Below are positions 1 to 11,418 of a stretch of 64,000 bases of DNA, piece after piece. This stretch comes from an uncultured Pelagibacteraceae bacterium (GTDB taxonomy: Bacteria > Pseudomonadota > Alphaproteobacteria > Pelagibacterales > Pelagibacteraceae): the NCBI GenBank assembly GCA_902574695.1, contig CACGON010000001.1:189315-253314 (forward strand), given 5' to 3'. The position numbers were made by a program, and so were the translations under genes. The notes under the pieces are model-generated. The model ran no database searches, was not told the origin of the DNA, and was given only the letters and a program-made list of their open reading frames with translations. Within the stretch, counting starts at the first letter, position 1, and every line of letters begins with the position of its first letter.

Positions 1-816
1 GAGAAAATTGAAAAAGAAAAATTGGAAAATGAAAAAAGAATTAAAGAGGAAAAAGATCTTCAATCTAAATTAAAAGAACAAATTCTCAAAGACGAAATAA
101 AATTAGAGAAAGAAAGAGTAAGAGATATTAAAATTTTTTTAAGAAAGGAACAGGCTATTATTCGTCAAGAACAAGCTGAAAAACAAAGAAAATTTTTAGA
201 ACAATTAAAAATAGAAAAACAAATTGAGAAATTCAGAATTAGAGAAATTAAAGAATTGGAACAATTAGAAAAAATTTCTTTAAGAGAGCAGCGAGATGAT
301 TATGCAACCTTGCAGGAGAGAATAGATAAACTTAAACAAAAGTATCAAATTATTAGAGATCAAAAAATAAGAGAAAGAGTAGAAGCTCTTGGTATAAAAA
401 CTTTAGGAGATGAAGATAGAGAAACGTTATTACAAAAAGAAAGAGATTATACCTTAGCAAGACAAAAAATTGAGTTTGCGCTTGAAAGTTTTTATAGAAG
501 CTCAAGTAGCCTAGTATTTCAATTAAATAAAAAACATATTACTCGACATATGTCTATTTTAAGATGCATAGACAGAAGATTTGAAACGGGGGAGATTTTT
601 ATTAAGTGGGATGAAAGTGAAGATGATAGATGGCTTTTATTAATATATATTAAAAATAACTCTCCTGATGAAGGGATAGTTATTGAGGATAAAACAAACC
701 CAGACAAAAATATATCTCATGAATTTAAACCGACTGAAATTTTTAAAGCATCGGACTTAATGGTAGACTCGCTCACTCAATTAATTTCTAAGATAAGAAA
801 GAAGAAAAATACATAG
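1..816 (+). CDS. Hypothetical protein, long E/K/R/Q-rich coiled coil plus C-terminal globular domain (5' partial)
   Basis: Frame is open from base 1 (GAG AAA ATT GAA...) to TAG at 814-816, so the TTG at 22 is probably not the true start; charged heptad-like N-terminal region. Confidence 0.75.
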   Translation, partial: EKIEKEKLENEKRIKEEKDLQSKLKEQILKDEIKLEKERVRDIKIFLRKEQAIIRQEQAEKQRKFLEQLKIEKQIEKFRIREIKELEQLEKISLREQRDDYATLQERIDKLKQKYQIIRDQKIRERVEALGIKTLGDEDRETLLQKERDYTLARQKIEFALESFYRSSSSLVFQLNKKHITRHMSILRCIDRRFETGEIFIKWDESEDDRWLLLIYIKNNSPDEGIVIEDKTNPDKNISHEFKPTEIFKASDLMVDSLTQLISKIRKKKNT

Positions 817-818
817 TA

Positions 819-1505
819 TTATTTCATTATAACATCTTTCAAAATGTATTCCCAAGTACCCATTTTTTCATATCTAACCTTAATTATTAAATTTTTTTTA
901 GGTTCAAGCCAAAGAATAAAATCCAATTTTTTGTTTTCATTTAAATTCTCATCCTTTGATCTTAAAGAAAACTTATGAACAACATATTCTTTACCATTAA
1001 CAGTTATTTTTTCTTTCTTAATAAAATTTACTATTTGATCCTTAATACTTCCAGATAATGGGCTAATCTGAGTTTCACTTTGAAGAATTTTATGGTTCCA
1101 CCAATTTCCAATTATATATTCTGAATTTACTTCTCCTGAAAAAGAGGACCCCTTGATTTTATAATATTCATCTTGCTCATTATACTTTAAATCTACAAAT
1201 TTTTTTTTGTCATTTTGTAATGTTCTTGAACTATAAGATATCAGTTTATCATTTTGATATTGCTCAAGACCATTACTTTTTATAGAAAAAATTTTTATAC
1301 CTAATAATTTAACTTCAAAGTTAGTCTTATTTGTTACGTTTAAGATATCATTAACGTAATTAAACTCATAAATGCTTTCGCCAATTTTTTTTCCATCTTT
1401 GAATATTTCCATTTCTATCTTCTTAAAATCTTTATAATGTGAGGCATGACTAAAGCTAGTTTCTGGAATCATAAATAGGATAGCTAAAAGTAAAAATTTT
1501 TTCAT
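819..1505 (-). CDS. Exported protein, DUF6134/DUF3108-like beta-rich family
   Basis: Signal-peptide-like MKKFLLLAILFMIPETSFS from ATG 1505; GNWWNH motif; family call from memory. Confidence 0.6.
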   Translation of the reverse strand: MKKFLLLAILFMIPETSFSHASHYKDFKKIEMEIFKDGKKIGESIYEFNYVNDILNVTNKTNFEVKLLGIKIFSIKSNGLEQYQNDKLISYSSRTLQNDKKKFVDLKYNEQDEYYKIKGSSFSGEVNSEYIIGNWWNHKILQSETQISPLSGSIKDQIVNFIKKEKITVNGKEYVVHKFSLRSKDENLNENKKLDFILWLEPKKNLIIKVRYEKMGTWEYILKDVIMK

Positions 1506-1553
1506 AAAATTTATGGTATTTGATTCAAACAAATAGTAAATACTATTTTAAAA

Positions 1554-2204
1554 ATGTTTCTTAAAATTAAAAAAATACCAACAGTTTATTGGAGCTCAGA
1601 AGAACCTACAAATCTAAGACCAAAAACTTCATCATTACTATTTGTATGTTTAGGGCTAATAATCTTTGGCTTTGGTGAAGGCTTACTTATTGTGTCATAT
1701 TCTGGAGCTTCGCCCTGGAGTGTGTTAGCTCAAGGAATTGCAATTAATACAAATTTGTCTATTGGGCTTATAACATTTATAATAAGTATAACGGTTTTAA
1801 TTCTTTGGATACCATTAAAGCAAAAACCAGGTATAGCGACCATATTAAATGCTATCATAATAGCAATCATGATAGATCTTTGTATACATTTTATTCCAAC
1901 CCCAGAAAATTATTATTCAAAACTTCTTTTAGGAGGTATTGCAGTTTTGACAGTTGGTTTGGGTGGAGGAATATATTTAGTTGCAAACCTTGGAGCAGGA
2001 CCTAGAGATGGTTTAATGGTTGGCCTCCAAAAAAAAACAAACCTTCCCATAGCATTAGTAAGGGCAATTTTAGAAATATCAGTTGTAAGCATTGGTTGGT
2101 ATCTAGGTGGAATTGTAGGAGTAGGTACATTAATGTTTGCTTTTGGAATAGGCCCAGCTATTGCACTAAGCTTATACCTTGTAAATAAAACCTTCTCTAA
2201 ATAA
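1554..2204 (+). CDS. YczE/YyaS/YitT family membrane protein
   Basis: Multi-TM protein with GASPW..L..G and LGAGPRDGLM motifs. Confidence 0.85.
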   Translation: MFLKIKKIPTVYWSSEEPTNLRPKTSSLLFVCLGLIIFGFGEGLLIVSYSGASPWSVLAQGIAINTNLSIGLITFIISITVLILWIPLKQKPGIATILNAIIIAIMIDLCIHFIPTPENYYSKLLLGGIAVLTVGLGGGIYLVANLGAGPRDGLMVGLQKKTNLPIALVRAILEISVVSIGWYLGGIVGVGTLMFAFGIGPAIALSLYLVNKTFSK

Positions 2205-2213
2205 TCTATAATA

Positions 2214-2891
2214 ATGCTAATTGAAAAAATTTTTAATATTATAAGTGCATTTCACCATTATAGAATCGCGTTATACGCAAAAAATTTAAATTGTAATAAT
2301 TTAGTTGATGTTGGCTGCCATAAGGGTGAGTTTTTAAATAGTTTTTTGAACAATAAAAGAATTAATAAATTCTATTGTTTTGAGCCTCAAAAAGAGGTTT
2401 TTAAATTTTTAAAACTGCGGTTTAAAAGTAACAAAAAAATTAAATTATATAACCATGCCCTTGGCGAAAGTAAAAGAATAAAAAAAATTTATCTTTCAAA
2501 TTTGACTTCCCTATCAACAATGTCTAAGTTTAATAATCAATCAGACTGGCTCAAAATAAAAAATTTAATTGTTGGAGACAAAGATAGATCGAGTTTATCA
2601 CTTAATGTTCCTCAAAAAACAATCGATTTAGTTTTTAAAAAAATTTCCCTCAAAAAAAGTTTTCTTAAAATTGATGTAGAGGGCTACGAATTAAACGTAC
2701 TTTTGGGTGCAAAAAATAAAATAAAGGAAATACCCTTTATTTTAATAGAAAAACATACCTTTGGCCAATACCATAATAGTTTTAATTCTGTAAATGATTT
2801 TTTGGTTAAAAATAATTTTGAAATTGTTAAAAGTTTTTATTACCCAACTTTACATTATAAAGATTTATTATATAAAAAAAAAGGGCAGTAA
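2214..2891 (+). CDS. FkbM family SAM-dependent methyltransferase
   Basis: VDVGCHKGEF, FEP and LKIDVEGYE motifs. Confidence 0.88.
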   Translation: MLIEKIFNIISAFHHYRIALYAKNLNCNNLVDVGCHKGEFLNSFLNNKRINKFYCFEPQKEVFKFLKLRFKSNKKIKLYNHALGESKRIKKIYLSNLTSLSTMSKFNNQSDWLKIKNLIVGDKDRSSLSLNVPQKTIDLVFKKISLKKSFLKIDVEGYELNVLLGAKNKIKEIPFILIEKHTFGQYHNSFNSVNDFLVKNNFEIVKSFYYPTLHYKDLLYKKKGQ

Positions 2892-2905
2892 AAACTGCCC
2901 TTTTT
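2878..2905. terminator. Bidirectional intrinsic terminator between the FkbM gene and groEL
   Basis: AAAAAGGGCAGT-AAAA-ACTGCCCTTTTT perfect inverted repeat, with an A-run and a T-run on either side, between convergent genes. Confidence 0.88.
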
Positions 2906-2931
2906 GAATTTTTGATTGAGATAAATGTGGA

Positions 2932-4897
<1,966 letters not shown>

Positions 4898-4922
4898 ATA
4901 AAACTCCTTTGATATCACAGTC

Positions 4923-4951
4923 ATATAGAGACAAGGATATAATTTTTCAAG
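4923..4951 (-). promoter_or_regulatory. Putative groESL promoter (alphaproteobacterial RpoH/RpoD type)
   Basis: Minus strand CTTGAA-N16-TCTATAT upstream of groES resembles the alphaproteobacterial CTTGAA-N15/16-CCTATAT consensus. Confidence 0.6.
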
Positions 4952-5019
4952 ATATTCATAAAAATTTATAATCCAAAAAAACCAAGGAAATATAAGTATT
5001 TTTAAGCTATATCTGATCT

Positions 5020-5835
5020 ATGACAGTAAATTTGGATAAAAAAGGACTAAAATCTATTGCATCTGATTATGATCTTTTTTTTATAGACATATGGGGCGTA
5101 ATACATAATGGAATTAAACTATTTGATCACTCGGTTCGAGTACTTAATGAGATAGAAAAGTTAAACAAAGAATATATTTTATTAACAAATGCGCCGAGAC
5201 CTAACTCCACTGTTATTAAATTTCTACAAAAACTAGGTTTAGATAAAAGTAAATGTTCGAAAGTTTTCACGTCTGGGGAAGCTTCTCTTAAATATTTAAG
5301 TAAAGACTATAAAAATCTTAAATTTTTTCATATTGGACCAGAAAGAGATTTTGATTTGTTTAAACTATTTGAAAAAAACAGAGTAAAACAAATTGATGAT
5401 TGTGATTTTCTATTATGCACTGGATTATTCGACGAACATGACAAAAAATTAGATTATTACAAAAATTTGTTTCAAAATAGTAGCTCAAAAGAAATGATTT
5501 GTACAAATCCAGATCTAGTAGTTGATAGAGGCGAAGAAAGAGAATTTTGTGCAGGATCCATAGCAAAAATCTTTGAGGATTTTGGTGGAAATGTAAATTA
5601 TTTTGGCAAACCCTTTCCCTTAGTTTATAATTTATCTACAAATACCAATGGCAAAAAAGTATTATGTATTGGTGACAACTTAAATACAGATATTAAGGGT
5701 GCAAATAATCAAAATTTTACATCCTTACTTATAACTAGTGGAATACATAAAAGTGAAATGAAAAATAATTTTGATAAAATTTCCAAAAATTATAATGTTA
5801 AAATTGACTATATTCAATCAAGTTTAAAATGGTAA
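5020..5835 (+). CDS. HAD-superfamily IIA hydrolase (TIGR01459 type)
   Basis: DIWGV, LTNAPR, CTNPD, GKP, IGDNLNTDI motifs; typical position upstream of ribF. Confidence 0.9.
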   Translation: MTVNLDKKGLKSIASDYDLFFIDIWGVIHNGIKLFDHSVRVLNEIEKLNKEYILLTNAPRPNSTVIKFLQKLGLDKSKCSKVFTSGEASLKYLSKDYKNLKFFHIGPERDFDLFKLFEKNRVKQIDDCDFLLCTGLFDEHDKKLDYYKNLFQNSSSKEMICTNPDLVVDRGEEREFCAGSIAKIFEDFGGNVNYFGKPFPLVYNLSTNTNGKKVLCIGDNLNTDIKGANNQNFTSLLITSGIHKSEMKNNFDKISKNYNVKIDYIQSSLKW

Positions 5836-6758
5836 AAAAAATAAAAATTTATAAAAACTTTAAAATTTTAAAGTCTTATCAAAATTCAATACTTCTAATA
5901 GGTAATTTTGATGGTTTACACATTGGGCACCAAAAACTTTTTAAAAAGGCAAAAAATTTACAATCAAAACGCAAGAATAAAATCGGTGTTTTAACTTTTG
6001 ATCCAATTCCAAAAATGTTTTTTAATAAAAAAATAAAAAACTATAGAATAAGTAATTTAAATCAAAAAATAGAATTATTTAAAAAATTTGGCGTAAATTT
6101 TATTATTAATAAAAAATTCGATAGACAATTTTCTAAAATCCAATGTAACGATTTTATTAAAAAAATTTTATTTAAAAAAATCAAACCAAATTATATTTTT
6201 GTGAGTAATAATTTTCGTTTTGGTAATAAACGTTTAGGAGACATAAAATTATTAAAAAGTTTTGAACGTAAATTTAATTATAAAATTATAAATCCATCAA
6301 CCTTAAAAATGAGGGGTCAAGTAGTATCCTCTACAATTATCAGAGGTTTACTTGAGAAGGGAAATTTACAAATAGCAAATAAACTTCTCGATAGAAATTA
6401 GACAATTGAGGGCGTGGTCAAGGAGGGTAGGAAAATGGGAAAAAAAATTGGTTTTCCAACCTGTAACATCGACATTGAAAATTATATAATCTCAAAACCT
6501 GGCGTATATGCAGTCAAAGTTCATTTACAAAACAGTCGAAAGACCTTAAAAGGTATTGCTAATCTTGGGTATAGACCTACTTTTAATCAAAAAAAAATAC
6601 TATTAGAAGTAAATATATTTAATTTTAATAGAAATCTTTATAATAAAAAATTATCTGTAGAGTTTATAAAATTTATAAGAGGTGAAAGAAAATTTAAAGG
6701 AATTAGGGAGCTTAAAAGACAAATTAGATCAGATATTAAAATAGCAAAAAGATATTAA
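5829..6758 (+). pseudogene. ribF: Bifunctional FAD synthetase/riboflavin kinase interrupted by an in-frame TAG at 6399-6401 (split gene, nonsense allele or sequence error)
   Basis: N part has GNFDGLHIGH, FRFG and SSTIIR; C part has GFPTCN, GVYAV, GYRPTF, LEV and IRGERKF; both parts are in the same frame, separated by one TAG. Confidence 0.85.
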
Positions 6759-6765
6759 AAAATTT

Positions 6766-9498
6766 ATGAGTAAAGAAAACATTAATTTACCTAAAACCTC
6801 ATTTTCAATGAAGGCAAATTTACCAGTTAAGGAGCCATCTTTAGTTGAGTATTGGTCTAAAATAGATCTTTATAAAAAACTTAGAGAAAGCAGAAAAGGA
6901 AAAGAAAAATTTGTTCTTCATGATGGTCCACCTTATGCGAATGGAAATATTCATATGGGAACAGCATTAAATAAAATCTTAAAAGATATTATAATAAAAT
7001 TTCATCAGATGGATGGAAAAGACTCAGTTTACGTACCTGGTTGGGATTGTCATGGACTACCAATTGAATGGAAAATTGAAGAACAATATAAAAAAAATAA
7101 AAAAAATAAATCTGATGTACCTATAATTGAATTTAGAAAAGAATGTAGAGATTTTGCAAGCAAGTGGATTGAAATTCATAAAGATCAATTTAAAAGGTTA
7201 GGAGTTGTGGGTGATTGGGATAACTATTATTCTACTATGAGTAATGATGCAGAGGCTCAAATAGTGAGAGAGCTTGGAAAATTTTTAAAAGAGGGAAGTC
7301 TTTATAGGGGTTTTAAACCTGTGCTTTGGTCAACTGTTGAAAAAACAGCTTTAGCTGATGCTGAAGTTGAATATATGGAACATTCTTCGGATACCATTTA
7401 CGCATCATTTCCTATTAAAAAAACTAACCACAATGAACTTAAAGAGTGCGAAGTTATCATTTGGACTACTACTCCCTGGACTATACCAGCGAACAAAGCT
7501 CTAGCATTTAATAAATCACTTAAATATCTAGTAATTCAAATAGATGATGAAAATGAATTTAATAAAAAAAAAATTGTAGTTGCTAAAGATTTGCTTAACA
7601 ATTTGATCAATGATTGTGGAATAAAAAAATTTAAAAAGTTAACAGAATTTTCTGGTGAAAAGTTTATTGGTACAATTTGTAATCATCCGTTTAAAAAAAT
7701 TGGATATGACTATGATATACCAATGTTTGAGGCGAGGTTTGTTACTACAGAACAAGGATCTGGAATAGTGCATTGTGCGCCAAGTCATGGTCCTGACGAT
7801 TTCAATCTTTGTTTAAGTAATGGAATAAAAGCCTTAGAGACAGTGGATGACGATGGCAAATATACAAAAAATATTCCTTTATTCGAAGGAATACATATTT
7901 TTAAAGCAAACAAAATAATTATTGAAAAATTAAAAGAAAATAAAAAACTTCTTGCAAATGGAAAGCTTACTCATTCCTACCCTCACTCTTGGAGATCAAA
8001 AGCGCCTCTAGTTCATAGAGCAACACCTCAATGGTTTATATCAATGGAAAGTCACGGCTTGAGAGATAAGGCTTTAAAAGCAATTGATAAAACAAAGTTT
8101 TATCCAAACAAAGGTAAAGAAAGATTGAGATCAATGATTGAAACAAGACCTGACTGGTGTGTTTCAAGACAAAGAGTTTGGGGTGTTCCGTTACCAATTT
8201 TCATTTCTAAAAAAGATGGTAAGGTTTTAGTTGACGATGAAATTTTTGAAAATATTGCCAAAATTTATGAAATAGAGGGATCTGATTGTTGGTTTTCTGA
8301 TGACTCGCAAAAATTTTTAGGAAAAAAGTATGACTCAAAAGATTATGAGAAACTTCAGGATATAGTTGAGGTTTGGTTTGATAGTGGATCAACCCATTCA
8401 TTTGTTTTAGAGAAAAGAAATGATTTAAAATGGCCAGCTTCAATGTACTTAGAGGGATCTGACCAACATAGAGGCTGGTTTCACTCCTCTTTACTTGAAT
8501 CTTGTGGAACAAGAGGAGAAGCACCGTTTGAAAAAATTTTATCTCATGGTTTTGTAGTTGATGGAAAAGGTTTAAAAATGTCAAAGTCTACAGGAAATGT
8601 AATTTCGCCAGACGATATATTAAAAAAATACGGAGCAGATATTCTTAGAATTTGGGTAGCATCATCAGATTATGCAGAAGATTTAAGAATAGATTATACT
8701 ATACTTGAGCAGCATGCAGAGGCGTATAGAAAAATAAGAAATACCTTTAGATATTTGCTTGGAAATTTGAACGATAACTTCTCAGAGATAAATGTTGAAA
8801 AATTAAACATAGATCAATTACCTGAGTTAGAACAATATATGCTGCACAAATTATTCGAATTAAATAAAAATTTTATGAAAAATTTTGAGTCTTATAATTT
8901 TCATATATTGTATAAGGAGCTTTTGAACTTTTGTACGGTAGATCTTTCTTCTTTTTATTTTGATATAAGAAAAGATACTCTTTATTGCGACTCCAAAGAG
9001 TCCCAAAAAAGAAAGGATTGTATTATGGTGTTAAACGTTATTTTAGATTGTTTATTAAAATGGTTTGCGCCAATATTGTCGTTCACTACTGAGGAAATAT
9101 TTAAGCTTATAAATGAGAAGTCGACTGAAAGTATACATTTAAAGAAATTTCCAAATATCCCCGAGAATTGGTTTAATAAAAAAATTGAGGATGATTGGAT
9201 TAAAATTATAAATATAAGAGATCAAGTTAATTATAGTATAGAGAAAAAAAGAGAAGAAAAAATTATAGGTTCAAGTTTAGAAGCATCTATTAAAATATTT
9301 GTAAACAGAGAAATCTTTGATTTTGTTAAAAATTACGATTTTTCAGAAATTTGTATTACTTCAACAGCTGAAGTTATTTTGGATGATAAAACTGAAGATG
9401 GTATTAAAATTGAGACGATTAAAGCAAAAGGGGAAAAATGCAATGTATGTTGGAAAATTTCAGAGGAAAAATGTAAGAGGCATGGTCATCTTCAATAA
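6766..9498 (+). CDS. ileS: Isoleucine--tRNA ligase
   Basis: HDGPPYANG-HMGT, GWDCHGLPIE, WTTTPWT, EGSDQHRGWF, KMSKS. Confidence 0.99.
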   Translation: MSKENINLPKTSFSMKANLPVKEPSLVEYWSKIDLYKKLRESRKGKEKFVLHDGPPYANGNIHMGTALNKILKDIIIKFHQMDGKDSVYVPGWDCHGLPIEWKIEEQYKKNKKNKSDVPIIEFRKECRDFASKWIEIHKDQFKRLGVVGDWDNYYSTMSNDAEAQIVRELGKFLKEGSLYRGFKPVLWSTVEKTALADAEVEYMEHSSDTIYASFPIKKTNHNELKECEVIIWTTTPWTIPANKALAFNKSLKYLVIQIDDENEFNKKKIVVAKDLLNNLINDCGIKKFKKLTEFSGEKFIGTICNHPFKKIGYDYDIPMFEARFVTTEQGSGIVHCAPSHGPDDFNLCLSNGIKALETVDDDGKYTKNIPLFEGIHIFKANKIIIEKLKENKKLLANGKLTHSYPHSWRSKAPLVHRATPQWFISMESHGLRDKALKAIDKTKFYPNKGKERLRSMIETRPDWCVSRQRVWGVPLPIFISKKDGKVLVDDEIFENIAKIYEIEGSDCWFSDDSQKFLGKKYDSKDYEKLQDIVEVWFDSGSTHSFVLEKRNDLKWPASMYLEGSDQHRGWFHSSLLESCGTRGEAPFEKILSHGFVVDGKGLKMSKSTGNVISPDDILKKYGADILRIWVASSDYAEDLRIDYTILEQHAEAYRKIRNTFRYLLGNLNDNFSEINVEKLNIDQLPELEQYMLHKLFELNKNFMKNFESYNFHILYKELLNFCTVDLSSFYFDIRKDTLYCDSKESQKRKDCIMVLNVILDCLLKWFAPILSFTTEEIFKLINEKSTESIHLKKFPNIPENWFNKKIEDDWIKIINIRDQVNYSIEKKREEKIIGSSLEASIKIFVNREIFDFVKNYDFSEICITSTAEVILDDKTEDGIKIETIKAKGEKCNVCWKISEEKCKRHGHLQ

Positions 9499-10005
9499 AT
9501 GAAAAATTTGAATATTAAAAAATTTATCAAATATTTTATTATAATTTCTTTTATTTTTTTATTGGACAGAGTATCAAAAATTTATGTAATTAGTTATTTT
9601 GATAGTGTTTCTGAAACTCAAATATTCTTGAATAGTTTTATAAATATTATTTTAGTATGGAATAGCGGTATTGGTTTTGGTCTTTTGTCTTTTACGGATA
9701 ATAATATTTATAATTTTATCACGATAATTATTTTTCTTATAAATTTACTTATTATTTACTTTATTTGCAAATATGATGATATTAGAGGTTTATTTTTATG
9801 TTTGGTATTAGGGGGCTCACTTGGAAATTTATTTGATAGAATATATTATTCGGGGGTTCCGGACTTTATAGATTTTAATTATAACAATTTTCATTGGTTT
9901 ATTTTTAATGTTGCAGATATATTTATCTCTTTGGGGGTTATGTGCCTTATTTTGGTTGAATTATTTTTAAATAAAAAGATATTAAAAAACAAAGATGAAA
10001 ATTAA
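9499..10005 (+). CDS. lspA: Lipoprotein signal peptidase II
   Basis: WNSGIGFG, GGSLGNLFDR, FNVAD motifs; follows ileS. Confidence 0.96.
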   Translation: MKNLNIKKFIKYFIIISFIFLLDRVSKIYVISYFDSVSETQIFLNSFINIILVWNSGIGFGLLSFTDNNIYNFITIIIFLINLLIIYFICKYDDIRGLFLCLVLGGSLGNLFDRIYYSGVPDFIDFNYNNFHWFIFNVADIFISLGVMCLILVELFLNKKILKNKDEN

Positions 10006-10306
10006 GTTAATTATATATTTTTTAAGTGTTTTATTTTTATATTCATGCCAAAGTATCAAGGATGGATTAACAGGAAAAAAACAGGAAAATAGCGACGAAT
10101 TTTTAGTTATTAAAAAAAATCCACTTGAGATGCCACCCGAGTTTAATCAACTGCCTGTTCCAAAAAAAAAACAAGCAGAAACCACTGCAGAAGCAGTAGA
10201 TGAAGAAATCGAAGATCTTATTAAATCAATAAAAAAAAGCGAAAAAACATCATCCAAAGATAATTCTGCAGAAGAATTTATTATGAAAAAAATTAAAAAA
10301 AATTAA
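9995..10306 (+). CDS. DUF3035 family lipoprotein
   Basis: Lipobox LYSC; DEFLVIKKNPLEMPPEF motif; usual position after lspA. Confidence 0.8.
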   Translation: MKIKLIIYFLSVLFLYSCQSIKDGLTGKKQENSDEFLVIKKNPLEMPPEFNQLPVPKKKQAETTAEAVDEEIEDLIKSIKKSEKTSSKDNSAEEFIMKKIKKN

Positions 10307-11418
10307 TGTATAAACTTAATTTTAATTTTAAAAAATTTACTTATACAAAAAGAAATAAAACTATTGAAAAAAAACTAAAAAAAAAAATTTATTCTTATTT
10401 TGATCAAAAACTAATTAAAAGTTTCTCAAAAAACTATAAGTTAAGTTTAGAGGAAAATAAACTATATAAGTATAAGAAATTTAAAAATTATAATATAATT
10501 GGGATGGGGGGATCTTCATTAGGAGCTAAAGCTATTTATAATTTTTTTAAAAACAAAGTAAAAAAAAATTTTTCTTTTATAGACAATATCAATCTTAATG
10601 AAAACTATAAAAAAAAAGAGACATTAAATATTATTATTTCAAAATCTGGAAACACTATTGAAACAGTCGCAAACTTTAAAAAACTGAAAAGTAAAAAAAA
10701 TAATTTATTTATCTGTGAAAATTCAAATAATACATTAAGAACTTTGGCTCAAAAGCTTAAAAGTGAAATAATAAATCATAAAAATTATATTGGAGGCAGA
10801 TATTCCGTTTTGTCAGAAGTGGGTATGTTGCCAGCAACTTTAATGGGTTTGGATGCAAGAAAATTTAAACACTTCGATAATTTAATTCAGAATAAATTTT
10901 TTTTTAATTCACTAATTGAAAATGTTGGATTAACAATTTCACTAATTAAAAAAAAAAAATTTAATTCTGTAATTTTAAACTATGATGAAAGTTCAGAGGA
11001 TTTATTTAAATGGTACCAACAATTAATAGCAGAGAGCTTAGGCAAAAAATCTAGAGGAATATTTCCAATTGTATCAAATTTACCCAGAGATAATCATAGC
11101 TTAATGCAGTTATATTTAGACGGTCCAAAAAAAAATTTTTTTACGTTTTTTGATGTTTTAGATTTCTCCAAAAAAAATAGTTTAGCTAAAATTAAACTTG
11201 CTCAAAAAAAAGCTACACAAATAGTCTTTAAAAAAAAAAAAATACCATTTAGATGTTTTGATCTACTAAGCAGATCTGAAAAATCACTTGGAGAAATTTT
11301 TACTTTTTTCATGCTTGAGTCAATTTTATTAGGTAAAGCACTTAATTTAAACCCTTTCGATCAACCTTCCGTAGAACTAATCAAAATTGAGACAAATAAA
11401 ATTATTAAACATTCATAG
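10306..11418 (+). CDS. pgi: Glucose-6-phosphate isomerase (short form)
   Basis: GMGGSSLG, SKSGNTIET, GGRYSVLS, QLIAESLGK, PFDQPSVE..K. Confidence 0.9.
   Translation: MYKLNFNFKKFTYTKRNKTIEKKLKKKIYSYFDQKLIKSFSKNYKLSLEENKLYKYKKFKNYNIIGMGGSSLGAKAIYNFFKNKVKKNFSFIDNINLNENYKKKETLNIIISKSGNTIETVANFKKLKSKKNNLFICENSNNTLRTLAQKLKSEIINHKNYIGGRYSVLSEVGMLPATLMGLDARKFKHFDNLIQNKFFFNSLIENVGLTISLIKKKKFNSVILNYDESSEDLFKWYQQLIAESLGKKSRGIFPIVSNLPRDNHSLMQLYLDGPKKNFFTFFDVLDFSKKNSLAKIKLAQKKATQIVFKKKKIPFRCFDLLSRSEKSLGEIFTFFMLESILLGKALNLNPFDQPSVELIKIETNKIIKHS

Noticed and set aside
6399-6401. Pyrrolysine or genome-wide TAG recoding as the explanation for the ribF stop
   Set aside because: TAG serves as a normal stop elsewhere in the window (e.g. 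814-816, ctaD, pgi), no other gene is interrupted and no pyl genes are visible.
11230-11242. 13-nt poly(A) tracts in pgi (and in ispE at 49431-49443) as phase-variation switches
   Set aside because: Frames are intact, the genes are housekeeping, and long A/T runs encoding Lys are ubiquitous in this AT-rich sequence.
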